64,000 nt of DNA from Chrysomallon squamiferum (GCA_012295275.1 CM022668.1:15314001-15378000), one strand, 5' to 3'. Positions 44,527 to 56,940 are shown, counted from the first letter of the stretch. Notes: generated by a model from the letters alone, not told the origin. Numbers and translations: made by a program.

Positions 44527-47500
44527 CTGAAACAGAAAAAAAAAAGAAATTATCAGTTAATATACATTAATGCAACATGTGTATCGAAACATTTCTATTA
44601 TTATTTTTTTAAATCCTCGAAAACTAAATCAACATGACTAATTTTTGTATCCTGTATAACTTAGCAGTGTTAGCATCAGAAACTTCTGCCAATAATCTGA
44701 AATTCTTACTGAACTCAAAAAATATTTAGTTGCATCATGTCAGAATGAATTAATTTAATGATAAAATAAAATTTTGAGATCAGTGCTGTTTACTTATGTC
44801 AGGATAGAAATGCTAAACATTATCTATTTGTAATATTTTTATTTATTTATTTATTTAAAATGTAAAAAGAAATGTTCATTTATCTCACCTTGCCCTCATC
44901 TTCCTTCGTTTCCGTTTCAGCCTTCGCATACGCTTTTTTCTCCACTAAAAAAAAAAAAAAAAAAAAAAAGTGAATCAAATGAATGAATACTTAAAATAAA
45001 CTTACAGGAATGAAGAAAAAAGCATTCATTCACTTGATTCAGTAACATTCAAATACAAATTTCTTATTCAGAAACAACGATGTAATTGGTTAAGAAATGA
45101 ATGTTGAATGGACAGTGATTAAAAAAAAAATAAAAAAAAAAAAAAAAAGAAGTTAAATTAAAGAGTTAGCAGAATTGTCATTGCAGATGGAATCTTATTA
45201 ATGGTAAACAAATAAAAAAAAAAAATTCAAACCTTGGGCTGTCAAAATTTCCACAACCAAGCTGTATGGTATAAATGCATGATTACTAGTAATAAAAAAA
45301 AAATTCAATGTGATTTTGTTGTTTTAAAATGCTGTTTATTCTTGGAATGGACATCACTACAACTGCCAGAAATATGAATACAGAAGTATTGCTTCACAAA
45401 AAAATTGTATTCTTATTCTGGCTAATACAGGGTGTAACAAACCAGTTTATTTACAGCAAGGACCTGATTTTCCATAGCCAAGGTAAGAAATTCTGATTTT
45501 CTTGTGAGATGAAAAGAACAGCAAAGGCCTGGCTTTGTACTGTTGTCAGTACCTTGCAATGGCAACCAACATTTCACCACCAAAAAGCATCAAGGTTTTT
45601 TGTCACTGATGTGGAATGGGTGGCACTTCAATTTGTAAGTGTAGATATTCAAGGACTGTATTAGAAATTTTTCTCTCGCATGGCTGGTTTTATAAAAGGT
45701 TACTTAAAATATAAGCTCAATGAAGAATACAGCACCAATTTCAAGATCATAAAGTGACAAGAAAAAAAAATAGTTAAGTGGAATGGCATTCCAAAGAGAT
45801 TAAATGAAAACTCAAGCAGCATGAATTAACTCCTGGATGTCTAATGATTGTTGTATATCACAAAGGAAAGGAAAGTAATCTTTAATCATTTTATCTTTTC
45901 TACTTCTAGAATGGGTGAAAAAAAAACAAGATCATATTAACAAAATAATACAAATACTGATACTTAATATTGTTCAGCAGTTGGTTAAACAAAATGGCAG
46001 AAATTGTGACATTATTTTTATTTTTTAACCAAAGGCTTGATATAACTGTCTGAATTCTGTATTTGAATGGTAAGCCAACTACGTGGATTCAAGAGAAAAT
46101 TATATTTGCTTGATTAAATCATATTCAGCAGCCAGCAACCAAAGATTAACAGAACATTTTAAAATGGCTTTGTGAAACAAGGGGAAAAAAAAAAAAAACA
46201 GTGCCGTGCTATCACAGCGATAGAAGCACAAATAAGCATCATCGATAAAAACAAGCATCAATAAAACCAAAAAAAAAAACCAAATTTCAAAAGAAATGCA
46301 TTACGAAATGGACTCCAAAGCATCAAAAACAACAGGCCCCAGTGTAACTCTGGAATGAACTATTTGTCAGGGTATTACAGAAAATAAACCCCGACACCCA
46401 ACTTTATCACCTGTAAGCAAAGATGACGTCTTCGAGATGTTCAACACGGAACTACATAAACAAACAAACAAAAGCCAACTTGGTGTAATAAATGAGTTGC
46501 AGACACCAGTGAAGCAATGACAAGAGAACAACTTGGTGTAATAAATGAGTTACAGACACCAATGGATAGTGATGCTGCTGCAACAGGTGAATTTTACCTG
46601 AGGGAGAAAAATCCTTCAAAGTACCATCTCTGTAAATAATTGCTCCAACAGATCTGCTGATAGTGTGCATATTTTAGTTTTACTACATTTAATACAGTAT
46701 TTTTTATTTCTTTTTTACTTTTGCTATTTCAGGCAAAATGCTTTAAACCGTGATACATGTTGGAACTGTGTTCGGAAATCCACAGCCACAATGTATGGTT
46801 GTGTTATTAGTATGCAAGGTGACCAGAAATAGATAAACACCTGATAATCTGGTGTCAGCTAGGTGTTAAGGATTTCTTACAGCAGACAACAAACCATTGG
46901 CTTAAAATTCCAAACTGAAATTAATTGCTTTTGTTAAAGATTACTTTTAACATGGTGAAAATGAAATCAGTTAGGACTGAAGGAACTTCGAGTGATTTTA
47001 ATGATTGCCTGTATTTATATTGATTAGTTATCATACTGAGTGAGACTATCAATGGAAGTTTCTACTCAAAGATATGATTATGAAAACTGGCAATACTGAA
47101 CTGTAGCAGTTTTACTCATGGATAACAACTCACAGAAGCCACGATTAATGAACTTTAACAGTTGACATTGATATTTAAATGCATGCACACAACTTCTCAG
47201 GTTTGATTGCAATGAATTGTATGTTAATGTTATGTATTTGATTACATGTTGAACATGTTTGTTCAATATTTTCTTTTTGTACTGGTTTCGTTTTTCTTTT
47301 GCACCGACGTAAGAAAAACCAACAGTTAAACCAAGTACACAACTGTGGCCCGATTTTCTAATTCAGCTTTTGCATTTTTTAAGTGCTACAAGTTAATGCA
47401 GATGGCTGCTTGTATCACTTAAACACTGACCACATGGAAGAAGATCCAGACTCTTGGTCCTGTAGAGAGAGAAAAGAGGAAATCATGCAACTTCTGTGGC

Positions 47501-50500
47501 ATATGCTAAATGAACTAATCTTTTTACAAAAAGTGCATCTATCAGGCATGACAACAGCAAGACTGTTCCAGATGTATTTAATGACATGTCAGTACTAACA
47601 TATCTGTATCACATTCCCCCCCATTACAATTACATAAAAAAATAAAACCGTTTGCATATGTGGCCTGATTTTCCTCAAGGATATGCACCTTAAAAAAGGC
47701 AGGAAATCCGTAAGCATTCACAATTTTGAATATTTCAATTCAGTTGAGTTTTTCTGTATCTACGCTGATTTTTTGAAAATTACGAATTTGACATGCTTGA
47801 ATCACTTAAATCACAAATGTGACATGAATGAAAACTAGCTAGACATATTAAATTGTTTTATCATCCAGTTGTCTTGGAAATTTTATCGAGCAGCGATTAA
47901 GTAAGGTCATTTATCTTCACTTCTTGAAAATGGTCAATTCTGCATCAAATAACTAAATTGATTTTTTTATATTTTCAGTTTTTGGTCACAAACCTCTACT
48001 CTCTAACTGGATGAATATCGGCCTGAATATCCAGATATCCACTAGTGAAGGAAACAGCTTTTCCATGGGCTTGCAGAAGCTAATATCTGGTGATATAGAA
48101 AGTTTTCTTGCAGGCAGCTTAACTCTGTATTAACTGAATTAGCAGAGGCTGTAAGCCCCACTGAAGTTGAAATGTCTATGACAGACATATTGTCATCAAT
48201 AAAGTCAAAGATGCAACATCAGGAAGTCAGAAAATATACTGCCAAAAATAGTGATTGACTGGGATTGTTTAATGAGTGAAAAAAAAAAGAAAAAAAAGAA
48301 AACAAAATAGAATAACAACATGCCATCAGTCAAAACTTTGTTATATTGCAAGGTAGAACTTGTGGAAAACAAGTTTTGTTAGATGGTTATACATACAGTC
48401 AAAATCGCATTGATGAAGAAACCAGATATTGTAGATGCAACCCTGGCGTCTACAAGATGACCACAGTTGATGGTTTTGTTAGAAACAACTTCGGTCATGA
48501 CCATCCTCCGAATAATCAAACTACTTTCAAGTTCATTAGAAAGAGAACTACCCGAGCAGTACCAGAGATGTTGAGTTCAACAATTACGTGGTGACGATGT
48601 GGGTGGACGATGATGCAAGATTTCCACTTCTCATGTGGAATCACTTCACCAGTGCTGCCCAGTAATGAACAGCAGCGTGGAAGATTTCCATTCACAAGAC
48701 AACAGGCTGCTTCCTCATGAACATCCAAATATTTACAGATTTGATACATGGCGGTTTCGCTTTAGTGGAGTTATTTTTTTTGAAGAATAACTTGTTCAGT
48801 TATTTACAAACATTCACTACATGAATTGATTTGGCATTTGCATCCAAATATTTACAGATTTGTGGACTTGATCGAGGGGACAGAGAAATGTGAAAGAGCA
48901 AAGTTGGTGCAGTTGCATGCTGCAGCTGCAACCAGCATCACATAGGAAGAGACTACTGGGATCTCGACAACCGAGTCGGTTGGCTCAAGCAGCAAGTCAC
49001 TGACAGAACCAAGACTCCCCCACAAGATCGTGATTGTGAAATAATTTGTTAGATGAATACCTTTTTCAGTTATTTACAAACATTCACTACATGAACCATT
49101 TGAACATTTGTCGTATTTGCATACTTTATGCAATAAGCGACATCAAAACCACAAACAGGACAGCACATCACCTTGATGCGTCAGAACCTCATTAGTGCCC
49201 TTTGCCAGACTTGTGTTTCATAATTTTGTCTTCATCCTAGCAAGTTATATAATATTTGTAATACACATCTTGATATGACTCTCTGAAGCAAAATGACTGC
49301 TACGTTTTATAATATTTATTAACCTAAGCATATAATCATGTTTACAAATTCACACTGGTCTGAGGGACATACTTAGGACAAAAGATCACTTCTGGAATGG
49401 TAAATATGTTTAAATGTTCCATACGTGATACAAGATAGCCAAGTATATCTGTTGAATATTATATGGTGTTATTCTGTGGTACTTACTTATGCTCAAAAAC
49501 TAAGAACAAACTAAGATAACGTAACCGACTGTGCTTAATTAGAATAGTATCGGTGAGACTGGTATCGGTGAGACTGGTCTCTGTGACACTTCGACAGGGA
49601 AAGATTGAATTATAAAGACAGGAATCCATATGAGCCAACAGCAAAGACAGGACAGGCTTATCAAGCAAAGTGGACTGAGAAAGAACAAAAACAGGAACAT
49701 TTTAGTAACTGCCTAGAAAATGGCTACAACCTGTGTGCTGATGATGGTATACTGTGACAGTACATATATTATACATTGTATGTTGTAACTACCCTTTTTC
49801 TAGTTTATGTTCTATGGTTGGGTGGGGATTCAGTATTGGAAAATGGAATAAATGTACTCTGATTATCAATGGACATATTTGATTAATTTGAGAAAATTCT
49901 AACAAATTCAAAATAGCTGACTGCTATCTAGGGCTACAAATGATGTGTAGGATCACCCAATTCCTGATTGAAGAAATAACTTTACGTGAAATGATTCTAC
50001 TATAACAAAACAAACAGTAATTTGATATGCAATGTAGTCATTCTCAAAAATTATGAAATCGTGAAACTCATGAAAACTGAAAATGGCTGCCATCCTATAT
50101 TGCATTGGCTGGTTACGCAAGGTAGAATTCACAAGGCAACAGGCTGCTTCCTCATGAACATCCAAATATTTACAGATTTGATACATGGCGGTTTCGCTTT
50201 CATTTTTTTAGATGAATAACTTGTTCAGTTATTTAGAAACATTCACTACATGAATTAATTTGATATTTCCATACTTTATGTGGTAAGTGACAGCGATGCC
50301 ATCTATACAATGATTATTTCCAAATAACTTGGAACAGTTACAATGACCGAGGTAACAACATGCATGTCAGCAAGACCACTGATGTTTCGGCAGTTCGACA
50401 GAATTCGACCAAATGGATGTAAGCCAATGAAACAACTCCCAAGCAAACAAACATGAAAGGTCATTTTGACCTGCAGCTGGTCATATACATGTACTGCACG

Positions 50501-51257
50501 TTGCCAGGAAGAGAAAATGTTCCACATATTTTTAATTTTTAATATTTGCAACTTGCCAAACAGAAACAGGATCTCTTATCACATTCCCCTCATTACAATT
50601 ACATTAAAAAAAAAAAAAAAATTAAAAAATAAAATCATGTTTGCCACTGTGGCCTGATTTTTCTCAAGGATATGCACCTTAAAAAAGGCAGGAAATCCGA
50701 AAGCATTCACAATTTTGAATATTTCAATTCAGTTGAGTTTTTCTGTATCTACACTGATTTTTGGAAAATTACGAATTCAACATGCTTGAATCACTTAAAT
50801 CACAAATGTGACATGAATGAAAAATAGCTAGACATATTAAATTGTTTTATCATCCAGTTGTCTTGGAAATTTTATCGAGCAGTGATTAAGTAAGGTCATT
50901 TATCTTCACTTCTCGAAAATGGTCAATTCTGCATCAAATAACTAAATTGATTTTTTATATTTTCAGTTTTTGGTCACAAACCTCTACTCTCTAACTGGAT
51001 GAATATCGGCCTGAATATCCAGATATCCACTAGTGAAGGAAACAGCTTTTCCATGGGCTTGCAGGAGCTAATATCTGGTGATACAGAAAGTTTTCTTGAA
51101 GGCAGTTTAACTCTATATTAACTGAATTAGCAGAGGCTGTAAGCCCCACTGAATTTGAAATGTCTATGACAGACACATTGTCATCAATAAAGTCGAAGAT
51201 GCAACATCAGGAAGTCAGAGTAAAATATATTGCCAAAAATAGTGATTGACTGGGATT

Positions 51258-51293
<36 letters not shown>

Positions 51294-52813
51294 TCATTAA
51301 CATGGCATCAGTCAAAACTTGTTATACTGCAAGGTAGAACTTGTGCAGTCAAATCCTGGAAAACAAGTTTTGTTAGATGGTTATACATACAGTCAAAATC
51401 GCATTAATGAAGAAACCAGATATTGTAGATGCAACCCTGAAGTCTGCAAGACGACCACAGTTGATGGTTGTGTTAGAAAAAACTTCGGTCATGACCATCC
51501 TCCGAATAATCAAACTACTGTCAAGTTCATTAGAAAGAGAGAACTACCCCAGCAGTGCCAGAGATGTTGAGTTCAACAATTACGTGGTGACGATGTGGGT
51601 GGACGATGATGCAAGATTTCCACTTCTCATGTGGAATCACTTCACCAGTGCTGCCCAGTAATGAACAGCAGCGTGGAAGATTTCCATTCACAAGACAACA
51701 GGCTGCTTCCTCATGAACATCCAAATATTTACAGATTTGATACATGGCGGTTTTGCTTTCGTCGAATAATTTTTTTAGATGAATAACTTGTTCAGTTATT
51801 TAGAAACATTCACTACATGAATTAATTTGATATTTCCATACTTTATGTGGTAAGTGACATCGATGCCATCTATACAATGATTATTTCCAAATAACCTGGA
51901 ACAGTTACAATGACCGAGGTAACAACATGCATGTCAGCAAGACCACTGATGTTTCGGCAGTTCGACAGAATTCGACCAAATGGGAGTAAGCCAATGAAAC
52001 AACTCCCAAGCAAACAAACATGAAAGGTCATTTTGACCTGCACGTTGCCAGGAAGAGAAAATATGTTCCACATATTTTTAATTTTTAATATTTGCAACTT
52101 GCCAAACAGAAACAGGATCTCTTATCACATTCCCCTCATTACAATTACATTAAAAAAAATAAAAATTTAAAAATAAAATCATGTTTGCCACTGTGGCCTG
52201 ATTTTTCTCAAGGATATGCACCTTGAAAAAGGCAGGAAATCCGAAAGCATTCACTATTTTGACTATTTCAATTCAGTTGAGTTTTTCTGTATCTACGCTG
52301 ATTTTTTGAAAATTACGAATTCAACATGCTTGAATCACTTTAATCACAAATGTAACATAAATGAAAAATAGCTAGACATATTAAATTGTTTTATCATCCA
52401 GTTGTCTTGGAAATTTTATCGAGCAGTGATTAAGTATGGTCATTTATCTTCACTTCTCGAAAATGGTCAATTCTGCATCAAATAACTAAATTGATTTTTT
52501 ATATTTTCAGTTTTTGGTCACAAACCTCTACTCTCTAACTGGATGAATATCGGCCTGAATATCCAGATATCCACTAGTGAAGGAAACAGCTTTTCCATGG
52601 GCTTGCAGGAGCTAATATCTGGTGATATAGAAAGTTTTCTTGAAGGCATCTTAACTCTGTATTAACTGAATTAGCAGAGGCTGTAAGCCCCACTGAATTT
52701 GAAATGTCTGATAGACATATTGCCATCAATAAAGTCGAAGATGCAACATCAGGAAGTCAGAGTAAAATATATTGCCAAAAATAGTGATTGACTGGGATTG
52801 TTTAATGAGTGAA

Positions 52814-52849
<36 letters not shown>

Positions 52850-55800
52850 ATACTCATTAACATGGCATCAGTCAAAACTTGTTATATTGCAAAGTAGAAC
52901 TTGTGCAGTCAAATCCTGGAAAACAAGTTTTGTTAGATGGTTATACATACAGTCAAAATCGCATTAATGAAGAAACCAGATATTGTAGATGCAACCCTGA
53001 AGTCTGCAAGACGACCACAGTTGATGGTTTTGTTAGAAACAAACTTTGGTCATGACCATCCTCCGAATAATCAAACTACTGTCAAGTTCATTAGAAAGAG
53101 AGAACTACCCCAGCAGTGCCAGAGATGTTGAGTTCAACAATTACGTGGTGACGATGTGGGTGGACGATGATGCAAGATTTCCACTTCTCATGTGGAATCA
53201 CTTCACCAGTGCTGCCCAGTAATGAACAGCAGCGTGGAAGATTTCCATTCACAAGACAACAGGCTGCTTCCTCATGAACATCCAAATATTTACAGATTTG
53301 ATACATGGCGGTTTCGCTTTAGTAGAGTAATTTTTTTTGATGAATAACTTGTTCAGTTATTTAGAAACATTCACTACATGAATTAATTTGGTGTTTGCAT
53401 CCAAATATTTACAGATTTGTGGACTTGACCAATCGCGGTTATGCTTTCTGCACGTACATTTTTTTTTAGATGAATAACTTGTTCAGTTATTTACAAACAT
53501 TCACTACATGAATGAATTTGGTATTTGCATACTTTATGCGATAAGTGACATCCATACCATCTATACAATAATAATTTCCAAATAACCTGGAACAGTTACA
53601 ATGACCGAGGTAAAAGGTCTGGGAAAAGCTACAAAAATTACAACTTTAGAAAAGAAACATCAGCAAATTAAGGAATACCATAAAATGAAGAAAACTACAT
53701 TGTTTCTATCCGAGACTGATGATGAAAGAGTGGAAGCATTGGTAAGGAAACTGGCAGAATGGGAGGAAGAAATCTTCCAGCTCCAAGATGACAAACTAAT
53801 GCTAGAAGACCGGGTAAAAGAGCTGGAGAGTTTTGTTGAACAAACATCGTCTGATGGGAGGACTTTGTTTTCCTGAAATGAGAATGAAAGTTTTCGATGC
53901 TATTGTTGCGCAAGTCCCAATCAACAACATAACATCTCTGATTAGAAGGTTTGCCCTTCGCTCTGGAACTAACTATTGTTCCACACAGGACTACAATAGA
54001 AGCAATGGTAAGAGAACTTGGGGCAATAAGAAATCCCTTGAAGTGTGTGGTAGATTGCGTGCTAGTGTCTTGGCTGACTGTCAGTAACAGGGCATGTTGA
54101 AGTGCAGGTGCTAGTCTGTTTAGACAAGATGTTAACTGGCCCTTGGATGAAAATTTGTTACACTGCTGCAGTGGACCAGATCGAGCATGTAGAGGGGACC
54201 CAAGTCATTAAACAGATCGTCCAAAAACTGAAGGACCAGATGAAGGCACCAATGGATCTCCTGGCCTGTGAAACTGACTTTATTTTGGCAACCACCTTCA
54301 TGAAGTCGAAGACGAAACTCTTCTCAAATTACAGGAGCCACTCAAGGATGAGACCATCTTCAATGACATGATGAAAGCCATTGTCAGTGTCTTTGAGCGG
54401 CAATGTAAGAAATTCTTTTTCAGCTGACTGGAAGATCACAGAGAGGCCAAGACTAGAAACTAAAAATGCTAGATCTCACAATATGGATGCTGAACAGATA
54501 GTGGGCATGTTCAATGCTGCAAAACAGAAGACTGTCAATGCAACTGTTTGCCATCTCTCAAGCAAGTTGAGGGCACAAAAAAATAAAACAGTGGACTCTA
54601 GATGGTTTAGAAAAGGAGAGGAGAGATAAGATTCTCATGAAGGCTGTACAGGTAGGGCAGAAACAAAGGCAGAAGAGAAGAATGAAGCAGAATGAGTTAA
54701 CAGGAAGGAGACAAGCTGACAAACACCAAGCAAGAGACATCTGTGAGGAAAAAGCTAGAGAAGAAACTGAAAATTTAAGGTTGCAAAGATTGGTGAGGAA
54801 TTTCCTGAGCTTTCTGATGGTAAGCAGGAGCAACTTCAGGAATTGTTGGAAGGCAAATCTGTTGGATGTAACATTTGTCATGTATGGTTTGAAGATGGGC
54901 GCCAGATTCTTTACAATGGCAGAATTGAAAAGATGAAGGCTAAGGGAAGTAAGTGTGTTGTAGCATATTGGTCACAGACAGAAACATATGATGATGCAAC
55001 TGACTGATGTTTTCCAATTGGCTGCAGACCATATTTCCGATGATGTGACTATGTAAATATTGCGTTGAGGAATAAGTCACTGCAGTTAAACGAAATATAA
55101 TCATTACATAGAAGAAAACTTAAGCTAAATTGATAACAAGATGTAATTTAATCAATAATGTATTCTCCCTCGTTATTTACCACTTCTTCCCTTTGCAATA
55201 AATATGAATCAGTTATGATTCAATGACTTGTTTATCAACCCAGTATATTTTTTGGTACGAGGTAAGTAGACTGTCATGGACAACTTTGTTTCTGTGTAAA
55301 ATGTCTCATTAAGGACTGTGTGACTTTATCTACAGTAATTCAGCAAATTAAGTTGCCAAATTAGGCGAATTAAAATCTGCTGTATTACTAATTATTTATA
55401 TCGCACCTTTAATAGTGTGAATTCAGAGACGTAGATACCATCTATTTTCAGTCCAGATTTCACTAATAAAATTTGATTAAGAAAGTTACATGCATTTTAG
55501 TGAAAAACAAAAGGATTTTGGTCACGCCATTGTAATGCAAATGCACTAAATAATAGAACAATTAGTCACTTTTAGTGTTAATTGAAAACGTTAAAATGCT
55601 GTAACTTCCTTAATACTCAACAGAATCATATGATGTTTGTTTTCTTTTACAAGGTTTTTAAGAGTTCTTTTCAGCAATGTTATTTTTGTCGATGTTGGGG
55701 GTGTTTGAATTTTTTGGCTCCCATACATGAAATAATCATGAGCTGTTAATATGTATTAGTGTGTGCTGTAAAAATGTGCGTATTCATCGTTAAACATCAA

Positions 55801-55908
55801 TAATGTTATGACGGTATATGAAAATTATGAAAACTGCGTGTCCAGTATGTGAATACTCAACAACACATAACTTGCTATCTCATTTTTAACACTTACCTTA
55901 GCTCTCAT
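44517..55908 (-). CDS. RPL41: 60S ribosomal protein eL41 (L41), complete 25-aa CDS in 3 coding exons: join(complement 55908-55897, 44944-44889, 44526-44517)
   Basis: Spliced translation ATG AGA GCT AAG | TGG AGA AAA AAG CGT ATG CGA AGG CTG AAA CGG AAA CGA AGG AAG ATG AGG GCA AG | G TCT AAG TAG = [25 protein letters not shown], the nearly invariant eL41 sequence; all introns GT-AG and phases match. Confidence 0.97.
44889..44944 (-). CDS. RPL41: RPL41 exon 3 ([19 protein letters not shown])
   Basis: poly-T tract + tag acceptor, 56 nt, AG|gtgag donor. Confidence 0.97.
46476..46561. repeat. 33-bp direct repeat, 53-bp period
   Basis: caacttggtgtaataaatgagtt(g/a)cagacacca at 46476 and 46529. Confidence 0.9.
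47608..48862 (+). repeat. Mosaic intronic repeat unit, copy A (partial, more diverged)
   Basis: Collinear with 50578-51830 and 52124-53420 (from atcacattcccc...caaggatatgcacc to catccaaatatttacagatttg). Confidence 0.9.
48346..49020 (+). mobile_element. Degenerate Mutator-like (MULE) transposase remnant: FLYWCH-like finger joined to the C-terminal region
   Basis: GKQVLLDGYTYSQN...RYCRC...HDHPP (FLYWCH-like), then across frameshifts FNNYVVTMWVDDDARFPLLMWNH, NSSVEDFHS, HPNIYRFVDLI and DYWDLDNRVGWLKQ, resembling the W..FP...WN / NN..E.FH / HPN.Y motifs of animal FLYWCH-MULE transposases; the central catalytic part is missing. Confidence 0.7.
50967..51201 (+). mobile_element. Second transposase-like fragment inside the repeat unit (also at 47979-48214 and 52511-52743)
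   Basis: Follows a ttttcag acceptor-like site; frameshifted reading ISTSEGNSFSMGLQELISGDTESFLE / NSILTELAEAVSPTEFEMSMTDTLSSIKSKM looks like decayed coding sequence of an invertebrate DNA-transposon protein (recalled resemblance only). Confidence 0.4.
51319..51740 (+). mobile_element. MULE/FLYWCH remnant, copy 2
   Basis: ORFs 51319-51570 and 51377-51661 carry the same motifs. Confidence 0.7.
52879..53430 (+). mobile_element. MULE/FLYWCH remnant, copy 3
   Basis: Same sequence as copy 2 with an extra frameshift near 53040. Confidence 0.7.
53610..55722 (+). mobile_element. Decayed DNA transposon (unclassified transposase-like pseudogene plus probable 3' subterminal region)
   Basis: Run of consecutive frameshifted ORF fragments 53601-54936 (coiled coil; EMRMKVFDAIVAQVPINNI; LDKMLTGPWMK; ARSHNMDAEQIVGMFNAAKQKTVNATVCHLSSKLRAQKNKTVD; ICHVWFEDG...YNGRIEK...VAYW); imperfect inverted repeat 55477-55498/55593-55613; end position tentative. 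Confidence 0.65.
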
Positions 55909-55922
55909 CGTGAAAATGGAAC
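55897..55922 (-). CDS. RPL41: RPL41 exon 2 (5' UTR + MRAK)
   Basis: tttcag|GTTCCATTTTCACG ATG AGA GCT AAG|gtaagt. Confidence 0.93.
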
Positions 55923-56044
55923 CTGAAATGGGAAAATAAACAGTTATGCATTAAATGTCAGACATTTAAAAGCCGTAAAAGTAAAAATATTGCTAAGATG
56001 AAAACCGATTAAATGTTTCAATGCTGACCAACAAAAGCACACAC

Positions 56045-56075
56045 CTTCTGCAACGAAGACGGTTCCAGTAAAGAG
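56045..56075 (-). other. RPL41: RPL41 exon 1 (non-coding 5' UTR)
   Basis: Minus strand CTCTTTACTGGAACCGTCTTCGTTGCAGAAG|gtgtgt: pyrimidine-rich start, then a donor; 122-nt intron (56044-55923) ends in ttttcccatttcag just before exon 2. Confidence 0.75.
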
Positions 56076-56077
56076 GA
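56070..56077 (-). promoter_or_regulatory. TCT initiator / 5'TOP motif of RPL41 (TSS ~56075)
   Basis: Minus strand TCCTCTTT fits the YC+1TYTYY TCT motif typical of ribosomal-protein gene starts; CRE-like TGACGTC immediately upstream (56080-56086). Confidence 0.7.
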
Positions 56078-56265
56078 TGTGACGTCTTGATCCAGTCAAA
56101 CGACTACCTAAAAACCTACTTCCTTTTTCATATCTAGATAAAATAATCTAAGAAAAACCAATTCTGCATTTTAATATATTTGCCTTTTCTTCTTCTTCTT
56201 TTTTTTTTTTTTTCTTTCTTGGATATGCGATTAACACGATAAAGACAAAAACTGCAGTAATAATG

Positions 56266-56320
<55 letters not shown>

Positions 56321-56504
56321 TAATAATAATATGGTTGCTGTGTACTATATTAAAAATGGATTTAACTTGTTTAATTTTTTGTAACGTTTTTGTCTATAAC
56401 AATGTAATTTTGGAATAGATATTCATTCATCCATTCATTTGGAAATAGTGAAGTGTCGATTTACAGAAATATTGTGCTATGGTTTCTGCAACAATATATA
56501 TTAA

Positions 56505-56738
<234 letters not shown>

Positions 56739-56940
56739 CAGATAAAATTTATAATTTTCGACACTGGACGATTTTTGTTAATAGAGTGCTATTAATATAT
56801 ATATGCACGAAGAAACTATAATTGACAATTGTTGAATAGAAACTATTATATTGTGATTTCTAGTGGGGTTTTTTGTTTTGTTTTGTTATTGTTGTTGACG
56901 TCGTCCTTGTTGTTGTAGTTCTTACTACTACTACTACTAC

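Larger units (their letters stand above)
50128..53612 (+). repeat. Tandem array of a ~1.56-kb mosaic unit (about 2.2 copies)
   Basis: attcacaag(g/a)caacaggctgcttcctcatg recurs at ~50128, ~51686, ~53247; the intervening sequences are nearly identical apart from scattered SNPs, indels and poly-A length. Confidence 0.93.

Noticed and set aside
44670-44742. Possible C/D box snoRNA in RPL41 intron 3 (- strand ATGATGC ... CTGA)
   Set aside because: C box is mismatched, there is no convincing terminal stem, and I could not recognise an rRNA-complementary guide; snoscan/Infernal would be needed.
46452-46670. - strand ORF MHTISRSVGAIIYRDGTLKDFSPSG with a CAG|gtaaaa donor as an alternative RPL41 exon
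   Set aside because: No clear acceptor or homology, and it would disrupt the invariant eL41 peptide; more likely repeat debris.
48786-53512. Hairpin-containing repeated module with variable flanks as a CRISPR-like array
   Set aside because: Spacing is irregular (130 bp to 1.5 kb), intervening sequences are themselves duplicated, the context is eukaryotic and no cas genes are present.
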